Shown: positions 13,601-27,781, counted from the stretch's first letter. The stretch: 64,000 nt of DNA from Octopus vulgaris (GCA_951406725.2 OX597815.1:100750001-100814000); one strand, 5' to 3'. Numbers and translations are program-made. Notes: generated by a model from the sequence alone, not told the origin.

Positions 13601-13761
13601 TGAAGGGTTTTAGTGAAATGAATTGATTCCAGTGCTTTTTTTCTAAGCCTGGTACTTATTCTATTGGTCTCTTTTGCTGAACTGCCAAGTTATAAAGATG
13701 TAAACAAATCAACACCACTTATCAAGCAGGTAGAGGTGAAAAACACAAGCACATATATATA

Positions 13762-13965
13762 CAAGGGGATGCTGAAAAGTTCTTGGTTTTTAGGGTATCG
13801 GGAAAGGCCTGGCTGAAAGCCCAACTTTCTGAGTTCTTTTACTAGGCTTAGAAAAACTGAAGTACCACTGCAACGGGTGGGTGGATGTGTTGAATAAAAT
13901 CATAATTAACTGATCTACCTGTATTTTTTTTTACCCAAATCCAGGAACTTTTCAGCACCTCCTTG
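13762..13965. mobile_element. Mariner-type MITE inserted into a SINE
   Basis: TIRs caaggggatgctgaaaagttcttgg / ccaggaacttttcagcacctccttg. Confidence 0.7.
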
Positions 13966-14822
13966 AACACACACACACACACATGATGGGCTACTTTCAG
14001 TTTCTTTCTACCAAATCCGCACACAAGGCTTTAGTTGGCCTGGGGCGATAGTAGAGAACACTTGCACTTGGTGCCATGTAGCTATGCAATTGGACTGAAC
14101 TCTGAATCACATAGTTGGGAAGCAAACTTCCTATCACACACCCATGCTGGCACCTACACACACACACACACATACATATTGGTTTGTATGGATGGATGAA
14201 TGTATGTATATGTGTTTACATATATACAAATATATGTGTGTTAACAAACAACCTTCTAAATATACTACTGCTCTAATGTTTTAGAGTGTGCTTCTCCTAT
14301 GACACTTTCCACCCTCCAGTTGTAGAGAGGTTATGTGTCTCCAGCCATTTGAATCTGATGACTTGCCAGCACTTTAAAGGTGTGAAACCAATGGTCACTC
14401 TCTGACCAGCCATAACAAATAAATAAATAAATATATAGGATGTTGCACTCACAATCTTGAGATTGTGGTTTCAATTCCTAGAAAGTGGTGCATTGTAATC
14501 TTGAGCGAAGTACTTCATCTTGCATTGCTCTGTGATTGCTTTGACACCTGATGCATAGTACACTGAACGTGTTCAGGCAACATCAATTTGATGGAGGGAG
14601 TGAACTAATGTATGGCATATACGTTTGATCATTATAAACAAATCATTTGTGCAGGTTGTTCAGCAACAGGGAGAGTCCACCAAACACACACAGACACACA
14701 AACATTTATATATCAATTCAGTTTATGTATGAGCTGCCATGCAGTGGGACTGAACCTGGAACCATGTGGTTGGGAAGCAAGCTTCTTACCACACAGTCAC
14801 TCCTGCACCTATATATACATAC

Positions 14823-15825
14823 AATCACGCACACAATTATTGAAACCACTTGTCAAAAATGGGTTTTCTTGCTAAAATTTGTGTCCGCATAAATAATTTT
14901 GTGTCAATATAGGAATAACTGCTTAAGGAACACCAAACAAAAGTTAAATTTCCAAAACAATTTATTTTAAACAAAACAAAATAATTAGATGGTTCAAAAT
15001 TATTGGCACCTTTACAACATTTGATGATTAATAATCAATAGTGTATTCTTTATGCTTAATAACTTCTTTCAATCTGTGAGGATAGTTTTCAAATAGCTTC
15101 AGGTACAGATCAGAAAGAATTTTAGCCCATTTTTCAATTGCATATTCTTCCAGCTACTTCAAATTTGATGGCCTTTTTACTTTCACTCTTTTTGCCATGA
15201 ATTTTCGATCAGGTTAAGTCAAGACTTTGAGCAAACCATGGAAGTACACTTATCTTGTTTTTATTCTACCAATTTTGAATTAAAAGTGAGGTACACTTGG
15301 GATCATTGTCCTGCATGAAGGTCCAGCAGTGTCCTAATCTCAGTTGCTTCACAGTTGACTTCAGATTTTCACTCCTTAAGTCAGAAATGTACCCCTATAC
15401 CTTTACCTTCACCTAATAGAACAGTTTGTTGACCAAAAGATGGTCACAAAAAGATTGTGCAAATGACATTATGTATCATTGCCATGCATTATTCTAAAAG
15501 TTTCTGTATTTTAGAACTTTCTCAGGATGACTTAACCTCTATTATTTGACATGTATTCTTATATTGCAGCCTAAATCAGTATTTTTTGCAATGCAATAAT
15601 CAAATTATTATGTAGGTGCCAATAATTTTGAACACTACTTGAAATTTTTATTGGCTGAGACTACCATATTAAACAGTGCTGTATGTCCTCTTTTGGCAAA
15701 ATTTATGCTTTAGTTGTTCACATTATTGTGACATAAGAGCATTTTCATAGACATCTAATTTTAGAGAGAGATTCAATAAAAACCCATTTTTGACAAAGGA
15801 TGCCAAATTATTGTGCACATGACTA
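14823..15825 (-). mobile_element. Internally deleted Tc1 element with long IR/DR-type terminal repeats
   Basis: Outer repeats (ttgtcaaaaatgggtttt / aaaacccatttttgacaa) and inner repeats (ttcaaaattattggcacct ~14993 / aggtgccaataattttgaa ~15614). WTFMQDNDPK on minus at ~15296-15325. Confidence 0.75.
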
Positions 15826-15849
15826 TGTGTGTGTATGTATGTACGTGTT

Positions 15850-16400
15850 ATAAGATCTGAGCTGACTGGGACTTTGAGTTTCACCTATCAGCTTATTCAA
15901 CTGTTGAGTGAGCCAATAGGGAAAACCAAAGTCCTACTCAATTTGAACCTTGAAATAAGTTCCACTTTCTCTTGATATTGAGCTGCTGCATCAGTAAATC
16001 TTCTGTTGTTATTCTTAAAGTAGCTTTAATGTAATAACATTAATTTAGTACTCATTTGTCGCAATTTTCTTACTTTACAATGTGGTACCAATTTTCAAAA
16101 AATTGAATGGTCAGTGGCTAGTTCTTCTGCAATCTCTTGAGATGTTTTAGGAAAGCTACTTCAGTAATGGCCACTAATTGACTGTCAATTGCAGAAGTTT
16201 CATCTGTGACCTTCATTTTCAAGGATCTCATGTTCACTATGAAATATCTGGAAGCAAAGCTGAGTTGTACATTCATTGGCAGTCCCAGGTCAAATTCTTG
16301 GTAAATAGTGTGAAAAGGTTCTGCTTCACTTTTTATTTCGAACTCATGAAATAAAATTGCTTGAATTTACCATTTTCGTTATTTCCACAATTGATTTGAC
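15850..16400 (-). mobile_element. Degraded mariner transposase N-terminal remnant
   Basis: Frameshift-corrected reading resembles mariner HTH1/HTH2 (..EFE..EAE..QEF..GTANECTTQL.F..F....LENEG). Confidence 0.45.
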
Positions 16401-17559
16401 TGCCTAGAATAAGCAAGAAGAAATAGTGAAGCAAAACTATTAGCTTATATCAACAGACTGAAAGTTTATTCCAGAATATGTATGAAAGTTAAATAAAAAA
16501 AATCTGTAATTACATTTGTACCAGTTGTTGTTATTGTTGGCATCAGCATTGTTGGTGTTGTTGTTTTAATATACACTTTTCCATTCTCACATGGATTCGA
16601 GGGAACTTGTCTAGGTGGAATTTCTACAACACACACATACACATACTTACATACATAAATACATACATATATGTATATATTCTTTTATTTGTTCCAGTCA
16701 TTTGACTGTAGCCATGCTGGAGCACCACCTTAAAGGGTCTTAAATGGTTTTAGCTGAAGAAATTGACCCTAGGACTTATTCTCTGTAAGTCAAACTGCTA
16801 AGTTACAGGTACACAAATACACCAACATTGATTGTCAAGTGATGGTGAGGGGGGGGGGTCAAAGACACACACACATAAATACACACACACACATACAATG
16901 GGCTTCTTTCAGTTTCTGTCTACCAAATCCACTCACACAGCTTTGGTCGGCCCGAGGCTATAGTAGAAGACACTTGCCCAAGGTGCCACACAGTGAAACT
17001 GAACCCAAAAACATTTGGTTGGGAAGCAAGCTTCTTACCACGCAGCCAAACCTTAAACAAAAATATTGTTGACAGTGACTTTGAAGTTTTGGCAGCTAAG
17101 CCATTGTCTGATGACAGCTGGTTGAAACCTTGAAGTCACTGTCAACAATACTCTTGTTTAAGAATGATATATCTAAGATCTATGTAAAATTGATTTTATT
17201 ATAACTAAACATAAACACAAACATTAACTATGTGTGTGTGTGTGTGTACAAGGGAAGGTCAAAAATTATCCACACTTACACCATAACATACCTTTATTAT
17301 TGTTTTACATCATGGCTGTCAGTTTAAGGGGTCTATCAGTTCATTCAGTAATAATATTAATCCACCTTCATTCTTTGGATGTTCACATAGTTATAGAATG
17401 GAGGTGCATTAGTGTCCACACCTGATGAACTGATGATAGTCAGTAAAGCTGTCAGTCATAATATAATTGATGGTGAATAAAGTTTGTGAGGGAAAGAGAA
17501 AATCCACTGACTACAGCAAGAACAAACAGTTTATTATAAAAGGTTCCATTATGGAATAT

Positions 17560-18060
17560 ATAAAGATAGATTTGGGATAATGACTGCACTTGCTCCAGGT
17601 CATTCAGTCAACTTTGAGGCCAGTTGTATTTTTGTGGTGGAAGCAAAGAAGATAATCTTGATTGAGCTTACAGTCTCATATGAAGAAAAGAGCAATTAAG
17701 CCTGTGAATAGAGGAGACCCAAGAGCTGGAAACTTGCAGGATTACTGGGAGAAGCAATGATAGGCATAGCAATTGCCACCTGATATTGACTGTAGAAGAT
17801 TTCCCATTCAGCATGGAGAATGCTTACAACCATTGGAATATAAGGAAGAGAGAAAGACAGCTGCATTCAGGATGGGTGATACAGCTGAAAGAGTCCCTCA
17901 TTGGTTATAGAACAAAAAAGAAGAGCTAAACTGAAAGACAGGAAGAGATGATGAGCAGTGATCTGGCTACCACTACAGACCCACCAGCAGGATGGTGTTA
18001 CAGTTCAGGGTCAAAATATCCAAAGATTGTTGACACCATCTGATGATGAATTCCTCCTAG
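17560..18060 (+). mobile_element. Remnant of a restriction-like-endonuclease LINE (HERO-like) 3' end
   Basis: LRP....KKIILIELTVSYEE, a DIDCRRF (EVGCRGF-like) motif and AERVPHWL. Confidence 0.55.
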
Positions 18061-18305
18061 TCAAGGCTATATTTATCAAAGGTGAACAAAGGAGAAGCAA
18101 CTTTTCTTAGGTTTAATCATTTTGATATTTACAACAAAACTTTTGGAAAATTTTGAAGCAGCACAAAATGTTTTCTCCTAAATATTCCAGCAAATAAACT
18201 AGCCTTTCAATGAGTTTACTAGAATAAAAGAAAACATATTCAGAGATTTAACTTCTTATATTCTACATTATTTCTCAATATTTCATGTCAATAGAAGTTC
18301 TAAAG

Positions 18306-18451
18306 CAGTCATCGGCAAACTGCAGCCCATAGGACTCCCTGAATGGCATACCTAACAAAAAATTACCTTGAAGTTTTTTAGTTGTGCAGTCCATCTGATA
18401 ATTAGTCATGTCTCATACAGCTTGCTTTTTGTAAAAGGTTGGCCATGCCTG
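18306..18451. mobile_element. hAT-type MITE
   Basis: CAG...CTG termini with perfect 8-bp TSD TTCTAAAG (18298-18305, 18452-18459). Confidence 0.8.
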
Positions 18452-18772
18452 TTCTAAAGCTTCCTTTCTTTGAAAAATCAATTGCATTCAAATAGGAAAC
18501 AATTCTATAAATTGAAATAAACTGTTATGCCATATTGATGGTTTATACACCTGTTGCTAGTGATTCAACAAAAGAGTCTCTATGTCATCTCCCAGCTTGT
18601 TAGAAATAACAGCCATATCTACTTCAAATCACAAACTATGGTTTTAAAAAGGGATATATTGGATACTGCAATCCTAGATATACAATATATCTATGTCAAA
18701 GAAAAATATTTATGGTCAGGAATAGAATGCTTCTTTCTTATCACTCTGCTTGATTAATGTCGACCTGTGGTT

Positions 18773-18822
18773 GAACAACAACAACAACGACAGCAGCAGC
18801 AGCAACAACAACAACAACAACA

Positions 18823-18854
<32 letters not shown>

Positions 18855-18910
18855 AGCAACAACAACAACAGCAGCAGCAGCAGCAAGAAGAAGAAGAAGA
18901 AGAAGAAGAG
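18773..18910. repeat. Compound (CAA/CAG)n(GAA)n microsatellite
   Basis: Read directly; it is the expanded tail of the interspersed repeat upstream. Confidence 0.95.
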
Positions 18911-19666
18911 TTACTTAGTCTTTGTTCCTTTTTACAAAGAAGTTTTTTTTTAAACTGCGCAATTACATTTGAGCTGAGATTGGATATCAAATTAAAAAAA
19001 GTAAATATAATCTTTTTCTTTATCATTATGTCTTAGATAAATAGATAAAGAAAAATATCTAGCTATGATAGTCTGTGAATAAATAAACTGATTGTTCTTC
19101 TGACTGGTGTGGGCTTTAACAAAATATGAAATTGAAAACTGAAAGCATCCAGAAAACGGTTAATGTGAAGAAAGGCACTGAGTTAAATGGCCTCTAGTTT
19201 AATGGCTAGCAAGAAAGCTAAAGAGCACTCAGTTAAAAGGTAGTGGTTAGAGAGAAGAAAGTTAAGAAGCTTGTTGTACCTCTAGTGAAGAGGGTGCCAA
19301 CATACTTCACGCAATGAGCTAATTAAATCAAAATTTACTCTTCAAGTGAAGAGAAAAGTCATCTGAACTGCTATTTCTGCTCAAGAAAGGTAAGGGAGAG
19401 AACCCAGAATTAAAGTAAATTTAAAAGGGAATAAATTAGTGAGCATGTCTGATCTGTGGCAGTACAGTGAAAACTCCTGACATGTTTCAGATTTATTAGA
19501 TCTCATTAGTAAAGCATAATTTACTGTTATTGCTAGATCTTTAATGATTTGAATGAATACAGGATTTTAATGAACATTAGGCACGTGTATAGCTGTGTGG
19601 TAAGAAGTTTGCTTCACTACCACATGGTATCAGGTTCAGTCCCACTGTATGGCACCTTGGACAAGA

Positions 19667-19708
<42 letters not shown>

Positions 19709-20634
19709 CATACATATACATACATCAGCATCATCATTTAACTTCTGATTCATGATGAAGTGTATAATATTAGTTTCGAGTTTTGGCACAAGGCCAGCAA
19801 TTTTGAGGAAGGGGTTAAGTCGATTACATTGAGCCCAGTGTTCAACTGGTACTTGTTTCATTGACCCTGAAGGATGAAAGGCAAATCAACCTTCGTAGAA
19901 ATTGAATGCAAAGACAGATGAAATACTGCTAAGCATTTTGTCCGGCGTGCTAACAATTCTGCCAGCTCACCGCCTTACATACACATATATTGGAAGTAAA
20001 ACTGCAGTATCTTGCTTACTAACAATGCATATATGTTAAGCAACACACATAAATGGCAATTTTAATTTAATACTGCTTCAATTGCACACACCAATGTTTT
20101 ATTCAGTCTGACACATATTGCAATATCAGTAAATGTATTATTCAGTGTTTCCCATATATTGGCTTCAAATTTTGGCACAAAGTCATTAATTTGAGGGGAA
20201 GGGTGTCATTTACATTGACACCAGTACTTAACTGGTACTTATTTTACCAACCCTGATAAAGATGAAGTTGACCTTGGTGGGATTTGAACTCAAAATGTAA
20301 GGATGGATAAATTACCACTATTCATTTTGCCCAGTGAGCTAACACTTCTGTCTGCTCGTCTTAGTGTTTCCTATATACTGGAGACAAATTTTGCATAAGC
20401 ATGTGGCTATGTGTCATTGATAGAAGGCTGAAATGCATCAGGTGTTCTTGCTGGCCACTGCTTGGACGATTTTCTGTCCTCTTCCAATATATATTGTTCT
20501 TAACATAACACACCTATAAGGCATTTTATCTTGGATGAAAGGCATAGTATCTTGTCTTTCAATGGCGTATGTTTATTAAGTTAAGTGTGAAACATAGTTA
20601 CACAGATGGTTGTACACATATACACACCTATATA

Positions 20635-20679
<45 letters not shown>

Positions 20680-21009
20680 GTTACAACTGGAATGCCTTTG
20701 ATCCTAAGTCTATTCAATCAGAATTGACTCAGGGTTAAATAACATCCACTTAATTACAAGAAATTTAGCAAACCAAAAAGAATTTAATATATGGTTAGCA
20801 AGAAAAAAGTACCAAGCTGAACCTGTGCGCAGTCATTAGGCCTGCGAGACATAGCAAGCAAATTTATTTAAAATTACTATCTTTCCTATAATCAAAAAGC
20901 AATAAATTGGATATTGTAATCTTTGGAACACTGTCCTTGAGAAAGAAATGTGACGTGATGGTGAAAGCTAGAACGTTTCAAGCAGGCTTGAGTTTTGGTT
21001 AACAGTTTC

Positions 21010-21683
21010 GGATCTTTTCAGTTTGAACGGCAGTTTTTTCTAGCAGTGTCATATGAAATTATCACCCATAATTATGAACCTAATACCGATCTATTGCATT
21101 TCAATCTGTTTTAGGGTTAGAGTTAGGGGTGGGGGGAAGGGCATATTTTTTTTCTTCATCATCATCATCATTTAGCGTCCGCTTTCCATGCTAGCATGGG
21201 TTGGACGGTTCAACTGGGGTCTGGGAAGCCAGAAGGCTGCACCAGGCCCAGTCTGATCTGGCAATGTTTCTACGGCTGGATGCCCTTCCTAATGCCAACC
21301 ACTCCGTGAGTGTAGTGGGTGCTTTTTATGTATCACCGGCACAGGTGCCAGACGGGGCTGGCAAACGGCCACGGTTGGATGGTACTTTTTACGTGCCACC
21401 GTCACGGGGGCCAGGCGAAGCAGGCAAACCCAATCTGTTTCTTAAACGAGGGACATATTCATACGGCACAGAATGTTTTTACCTCAATAGACTTCATTGA
21501 TTGGTTGAAATTGCAGAAATTGAAGAAACAAAACAATAAATATCTTACAAACTATAGAATTTTCTCAATAAAGCCAAGAGAAAAAGATGTTTTTTAAACA
21601 CATTCTACCAGTATACGAAGTTTAAAAGTGTTTAGTTACGTGAAAATTATTTTTAAAAACTGCCGTTCAAACCGAAAAGATCC
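21010..21683. mobile_element. Non-autonomous TIR element (Merlin-like) interrupted by an RTE 3' fragment (about 21157-21430, minus)
   Basis: 28-bp TIR ggatcttttcagtttgaacggcagtttt / aaaactgccgttcaaaccgaaaagatcc; perfect 8-bp TSD ACAGTTTC; GG..CC termini. Confidence 0.8.
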
Positions 21684-22094
21684 ACAGTTTCTCTTTGTTA
21701 TTACTTTAAAAAGCAGACTGTTACGTTTTTGTATCTGATTTGCGAGATTCCTTAAGTGAATTTGTATATTAAAACAAATTTTGTTGAGTCTGACGAGAGT
21801 CATAGTGCCTTAATATAACACACGCACCGGTTCAATTTCCACTCATTTATTGAACCGGTGTGTGTGTTATATTTAGGCACTCTGACTCTTCCCAGACACA
21901 GTAGACTGTTAACAAATTTGGTAAATAAGATGAAAAACAGTAAACTAAAATTCATCAAATTGATGGTTAACAAGAAAAAAATAAATCTAACGAAACTGAT
22001 GGAAAATGCACCAAGTTGATAGTTCAGAAGGACGCTACCATAAAATTAAATTTGTAAAGCATCCAGAGCGATTTCTAAATCACAAACAGCAGTA

Positions 22095-22400
22095 AGATCA
22101 TATGACGCATTGACGTCATCTTTCAAAACCTCATTTGATATTCAATATGGCGTTCTGCTTATATGTGGCTGGGAAGCAAGCGGTCATATATAATTCTTTA
22201 TTTTACTATTATTCACTTTAGGCCATAGTGCATAACATTTGTTTATTGATACTAATATCGAAAAAAAAAATCGAAATACAAAAAAAAAAAAAACAGAAGA
22301 AAGACAAATTTGAGAAAAAAAAAAAAATGACGGTGATGAATTGAACACACACACAAAGTAAGAAGAAAATAGAACAACGTGGCAGGGCGGAAGTGTGGTG
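22095..22400 (+). promoter_or_regulatory. Probable housekeeping-type promoter / transcription start region
   Basis: Palindromic CRE TGACGTCA at 22111-22118, half-CRE at 22103, YY1-like aatATGGCG at 22144-22152, GGGCGGAAGTG at 22385-22395. The region is free of interspersed repeats and retains CpG. Confidence 0.55.
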
Positions 22401-24891
22401 TTGCTGTGTGTAAAATCTCTTACCACTCGAGATTTTGTGTTGCCTTTATTGTTTTTCATTCTTTCTCTTTTGCTGGCATATTATTTTTAGAAAACCTCTC
22501 CCAAAGACAGAAAAATCAGACAAAGAATTAAACAAAAAAAAAAAAAAAATTACTGTTGTGTAATTTCTGGTAATGGTCGTCCTTGGTGAAAATATGTCGA
22601 AAAATAACGAAAAAAAAAAAATAATTAAACGAATTGTATATTTCTAAATATATATAATTTTAGAAGAGTTTTTACTTTGATAAAGTATAATTGGTTCTTA
22701 GAATTTCGAATATATTCACAATTTCAAGGAAATAATAATAATAATAATAATAATATAGGGAAATGCAAAAAAAAAAAAAAAAAATACAGTCACCTTAAAA
22801 AATATATAAAAAAAAAATTCGTTTAAGATCACAAAAGTCTGAAAATAAACGAACAGAAATATTAATAATTTTCAAACCTGTGACAATATTTTATTTAAAA
22901 TTATTTACTGGCTGTTTGAAATAAGTGATAAAAGAATCTCTTTATCTCTATAAAAGAGATAGAATGGTAAGTCAATTGTTGGCAGCTTGTATAATTACAC
23001 TGGATTTGAGGCAAAAAAAGTGTCTGTAAAAATTGCTTTTTGTTTCGCAAAAGGAACCTATTTAAATATCAGAAATAGAAATTGTAATTAAATATGCACC
23101 TTGCGTGACTCTATTTGCTGCAGTCATTGTTGAGATGACCAGTGTCAGACATAAATATCTTTCATATTGTTCGATTTAAAAGACTACTGGATTTTGTCTG
23201 TGAGTCAGGTAAAGCCTTTTCAACTTCTGGATTTGTTTAACTTTAATTCCATAATGGTAAGTATCTGAAAGGAAAGTCTTCTGACTTTGATTTCAAGAAG
23301 AAAAAAAATATTGTAAGACTTTTCTATATACAAGTATAAAGAATTAAAATGATATATTGAAAAAAAAAAATGGTTTATATCTAAAAAATTGTTTGTTTAT
23401 ATGTGAAAAAAATTTTGATGGAAGACATTATATACATCTTAAACACCCTGTAAGTTATTAGGCTATGGGCTAGTCCCTTTTGTTGAGTCAAAGAAAGTAA
23501 AAAGAATATCTGAAGTAGTAATGACTAATGGATGTAGGAAAATGAAGTAAAATCACCATTCTACTATTCTGAATGAAGAATGTTGAAAGTAAATGTAGTT
23601 TTTAAAAATAGTTCATAATTTGTTCAATAACTTGTTGGTACAAGGTTGTGGGAAGAGGCCCCACTCTAACTGCCATATCCAATTCTTCTCCAGAGCATCA
23701 AGCATCTGGAATCTTCCTGCCTATTTGTATCTTTTCTGTGTCAACTTGCAACAATTTAGATAGAACATTATTGGTACCAATCCCATTAGTTTCAAAGGGC
23801 ATGGTAAGGTCTTGGGCACCGCCTCTTCTTTCTGACCCAGCAAGTAAAAAAAAAAAATGTAAAGACCGCTGTAAAATTAAAACTGGCAAATCTCATAAGA
23901 AGTATAGAAACACTACAGATTTAAAAAATTTAAGATATGTAATTAAATGGTTTGTTTTAAATTACAATAATATCAAAACTACTATAATAATAATAATCAT
24001 AAATAGTTTCTGACATAGGCACATATTTGGGGGAATGGATTGATCATTTAAATTGTTCCCAGTACTTGATTGGTACTTTATTTTGTTGACCACCACCACC
24101 ACCAGAAAGAGGAAAAGTGAAGTTGACCCAGTATCAACTGAACTCAAAAAACTTAAAGGTCTGCTACTAAATACTACTGGACATTTTGCCTGACATGATA
24201 GCATTTTGGCAAATAATAATAATGTTTCTAGCTTAAGCACAAATCCTGAAACTTTTGAGTATGGAGTAGTTGATTTCATCAACCCCCATACTTGACTAGT
24301 GGGCCTCCAGCTGTAGAAACCATGCCACTACAGACAATTAGTTTCTGGACAGCTCACTGGCTGGCCATCTCTTGCCAAAACTGTCCAACACATGCTAGCT
24401 TGGAAAATGGACGTTAAACGATGATGATGATGAATTCCAAAGAGTTGAAAGGCAAACTTGACCAGTTTGGAATTTGAACTCAATTAAATGCCACAAGTGT
24501 CGCAATTCCACTGCTCTTTATAATATATATAACATAAGCTCAAGGCCACAAGTTGAGGAGGAGTTGATTATTTTAACCTCAGTACTTGACTGGGGTTTTG
24601 TTTTATTGAACCATGGAAGATGGAAGGCAACAATGACCTCAGCTGGACTCAAAAGTAAAGAACCAGATTATCTGATGTTCTAACTGTTCTGCTAGTACAC
24701 AATGATATTGATAATTTCTAACATTATAAAAGATATGATTTTTAACAAAGTATTTGAAAAAGGAGACTTAAAAGATTTCTTATATATAAATAATGTGAAC
24801 CTTTTGCTTTATTCCAGAAGTTGTGAAATCTATCCATGTATGACTCCTTACTGAATCATGTTCACATGCATGCTCGTGTGCATGCATGCAT

Positions 24892-24925
<34 letters not shown>

Positions 24926-25524
24926 ACAAATATACATATATAACTAGTATTCTGTTGAAGCACTTTGTGTACTCAGAGATTTCACAAACTGAATGGAATG
25001 ATATATGAAGGAGACAGAAATAAAAGGTGGAGTTCCTTGTGTATGTCATCATTATCATCATCATCTGTTTAATGTTAACTTTTCCATGCTTGCTTAGGTT
25101 AGACAGAATTTCTTGAGGCAAGTTTTTTTATGATTCGATGCCCTTCTTGTCAGCAACTGTCACCTGTTTCCAAGAAGGTAATATTTTTGAACATTTTCAT
25201 GGAAAATAGGAAATAAGGACACTGCTTGCATAATAATAACTATTACATGATGTCAAAATAAGCACACACACGCTTACACATACAGGCTTTTTTCAGTTTT
25301 TGTCTACCCAATTCATAAGCCTATAGTAGGAGACATCCCTCCCCAAGGTGCCATATAGTGTGACTGAACCTGAAACTATGTGGTTGGGTAGCAAGTTTTT
25401 TAACCACGCAACTACACCTGTGCCTATGGCCATACTTGTGCCTACATTATCCTTTATCATTTACTTGTTTCAGTTATTGGAGTGTGCCCATACTGGAGCA
25501 CAACCTTGAGTTTAGTCGAACAAA

Positions 25525-26045
25525 TCAACTGTGCTGGTATGGCCATGTAATGCATATGAATAAAGGCAGTTGCATCAAGAGGTGCTGATCTCTAATTTTA
25601 AAGGAAACATGTGGAAGGAGTAGACCCAGGAAGATGTGAGGTGAAATGGTGTGAAAGAATCTAAAGATGGGACTGATAGAGGGAATGTCAGGGACTGAGA
25701 TTCCTGGTGGTTTGCAGTGCTTAAAAAGACAATTCAAGCTAAGTAAAAGTATGGTTGTCCTTGCATATAGGCTATCCCCTGCATCCCTCTTCAGTTGAGC
25801 ATACCTAACCTTGCAGATTTGTGGGTGCTGGTGCCACGTAAAAAGCACTTGTACCAGTACCACATAAAGAAACCTATGCCGGTGCTGTGTAGAGTGGTTG
25901 GTGTTAGGAAGCACATTAAGCCATAGATACCATGCCAAAACAGACTTGGAGCCTGGGGAGATCTTCAGCTGGCCAGCTCCTGTTAAACAGTCCAACCCAT
26001 CCAAGCATGAAAAATGGATGTTTGATGGTGATGATGATGGTGATA
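25525..26045 (+). mobile_element. Old RTE 3' fragment
   Basis: LCWYGHV, GTCGRSRPRK and the family 3' UTR/tail. Confidence 0.75.
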
Positions 26046-26836
26046 TATGTTTTGGAATTGTGTTTTGGGTTCTTCACCTGTTACACAGACTCCTCCACCC
26101 ATCATGCATTATTCCTATCTCTTCCCTCTCTGCTCTGGCTCCACATACTACCCAACCATATCATTTCTCCCTTGTTCGTCCCTCCCCACCACCAAATGAC
26201 TGTATCATCTTTATTATACCTACTGCTTGCTGCCCCCACTCTTCTGCATCCCTCTATCTTCCCCAACTTATGGTCCTTGTTTCATCTACCCTTCAAATCT
26301 ACTCATTTTGGTGGTCTGCTTTCTCACCCCTCATTCACCTTCCCATACAATCTTGCAAACCACCCACTGATCTACTTGTGTGCCTTGAGGGGCCACCAGG
26401 GCACCTTATTGCCATTATTTATATCTTGCTGCTGTTGGTCATTCTCTTTCTCTCCTCTTCCTTTTCCCTATTAGTTGTGAGTAGCCGTGCAAATCCCTCT
26501 ACTAGAACTTGCTTTGCTCCCCACTCTTATAGTAATACTCTTGTCCCCTAGTATGAAGCTGGCCTTTCCTCACATCTCTCAGGGCTTATAGCTGTGTGAA
26601 CTGCATAGCAATCCCAATAGTGCAGGTGGTACAAAAAAAGCTGTCTATGTTGTATAATGGTTGGCATTAGAAATGGCATCAAGCCATAAGAACCATGCCG
26701 AAGCAGACATTGGAGCTTGATGCAGTCCTTGGATAAATCCAATCCCGTCAAACCATCCAACCCATGCCAGCATGGAACATGGATGTTAACTAATATTGGT
26801 GATATATTTACATGTGTGTGTATGTATATATGTGTA

Positions 26837-26969
26837 CGTCACTAAAGTGACAAAGGGCACTAATCAGCACCAGTATTGCTAGAAATAAGTCAAAAGAACT
26901 TAGTAGCCATTTGACTCTTATTTCTAGCAAGAATGGTGCTAATTAGTACCCTTTATCACTTTAGTGATG
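26837..26969. mobile_element. Palindromic MITE with TA flanks (Tc1/mariner-like)
   Basis: ~55-bp arms (tcactaaagtgacaaagggcactaatcagcacc / ggtgctaattagtaccctttatcactttagtga) with TA on each side. Confidence 0.7.
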
Positions 26970-27781
26970 TATATATTTCTACCTTTAGGTTGTAAAATTG
27001 CGAATAAGCCACCCATATTATTTATGTATATGTATGTACATACATATGTATGTATATGTGTGTGTGTGTATATATATTATCATCTTCATCATCAGTTTAA
27101 CATTCACTTTTTTCATGCTTGCATGGGTTGGATGGTGTTTATTGAAGCAGATTTTCTATGGCCAGATGTCCTTTTTTGTTGCCAACACCTGTTTCCAAAT
27201 AAAGTAATATTTCTGTGAGACATGTTCTCATAGAATATTGTAAATGAATAACACTGCTTGTATGACAGTGACAACCATTTTACAACCATTATGCAATATC
27301 AAGACAAGGAGACAACAAACAAACAAACACATGCACATGATGGGTTTCTTTCAGTATCTATCTGCCAAATCCACCCACAAGGCTTTGGTAGGCCTGGGGC
27401 TATAGGAGATGACATTTGCCCAAGGTTCCAGATAGTATGATTGTATCCAGAACCTTGTGACTGGGAAGCAGTACAAAATGCCATGTGATAAACATCTAGA
27501 GTTCTCTGTAAAATGGATGGCATTTGGAAGGGCATCCAACTGTAAAAAACCATGCCAGGTAGACCTTGCTGGTGTTAGTGCCATGTAAAAAGTACCCAGT
27601 CCACTCTGTAAAGTAGACAGCGAGGCTTGGTGCAGTCTTCTGGTTTACTAGCTCCTGTCAAACTATCGAACCCATGTTTGCATGGAAAATGGATGCTAAA
27701 TGATGATGATGATGATATGTGTGTGTGTGTATTTATATATACATATTTATATTATGTATGTATATATATATATATATATAT

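Noticed and set aside
17990-18058. Hammerhead at the HERO-like 3' end (CTGATGA after a 10-bp stem)
   Set aside because: No GAAA in a valid position, and the stems do not give a standard topology.
18754-19036. Poly-Q/E and poly-C ORFs
   Set aside because: Microsatellite tail of an interspersed repeat, with no supporting coding context.
21110-21130. Telomeric TTAGGG-like repeats
   Set aside because: Only about three degenerate units, internal to a TIR element.
25898-26551. 217-aa and 180-aa ORFs
   Set aside because: They span an RTE tail and an apparent antisense decayed LINE segment, with no domain motifs.
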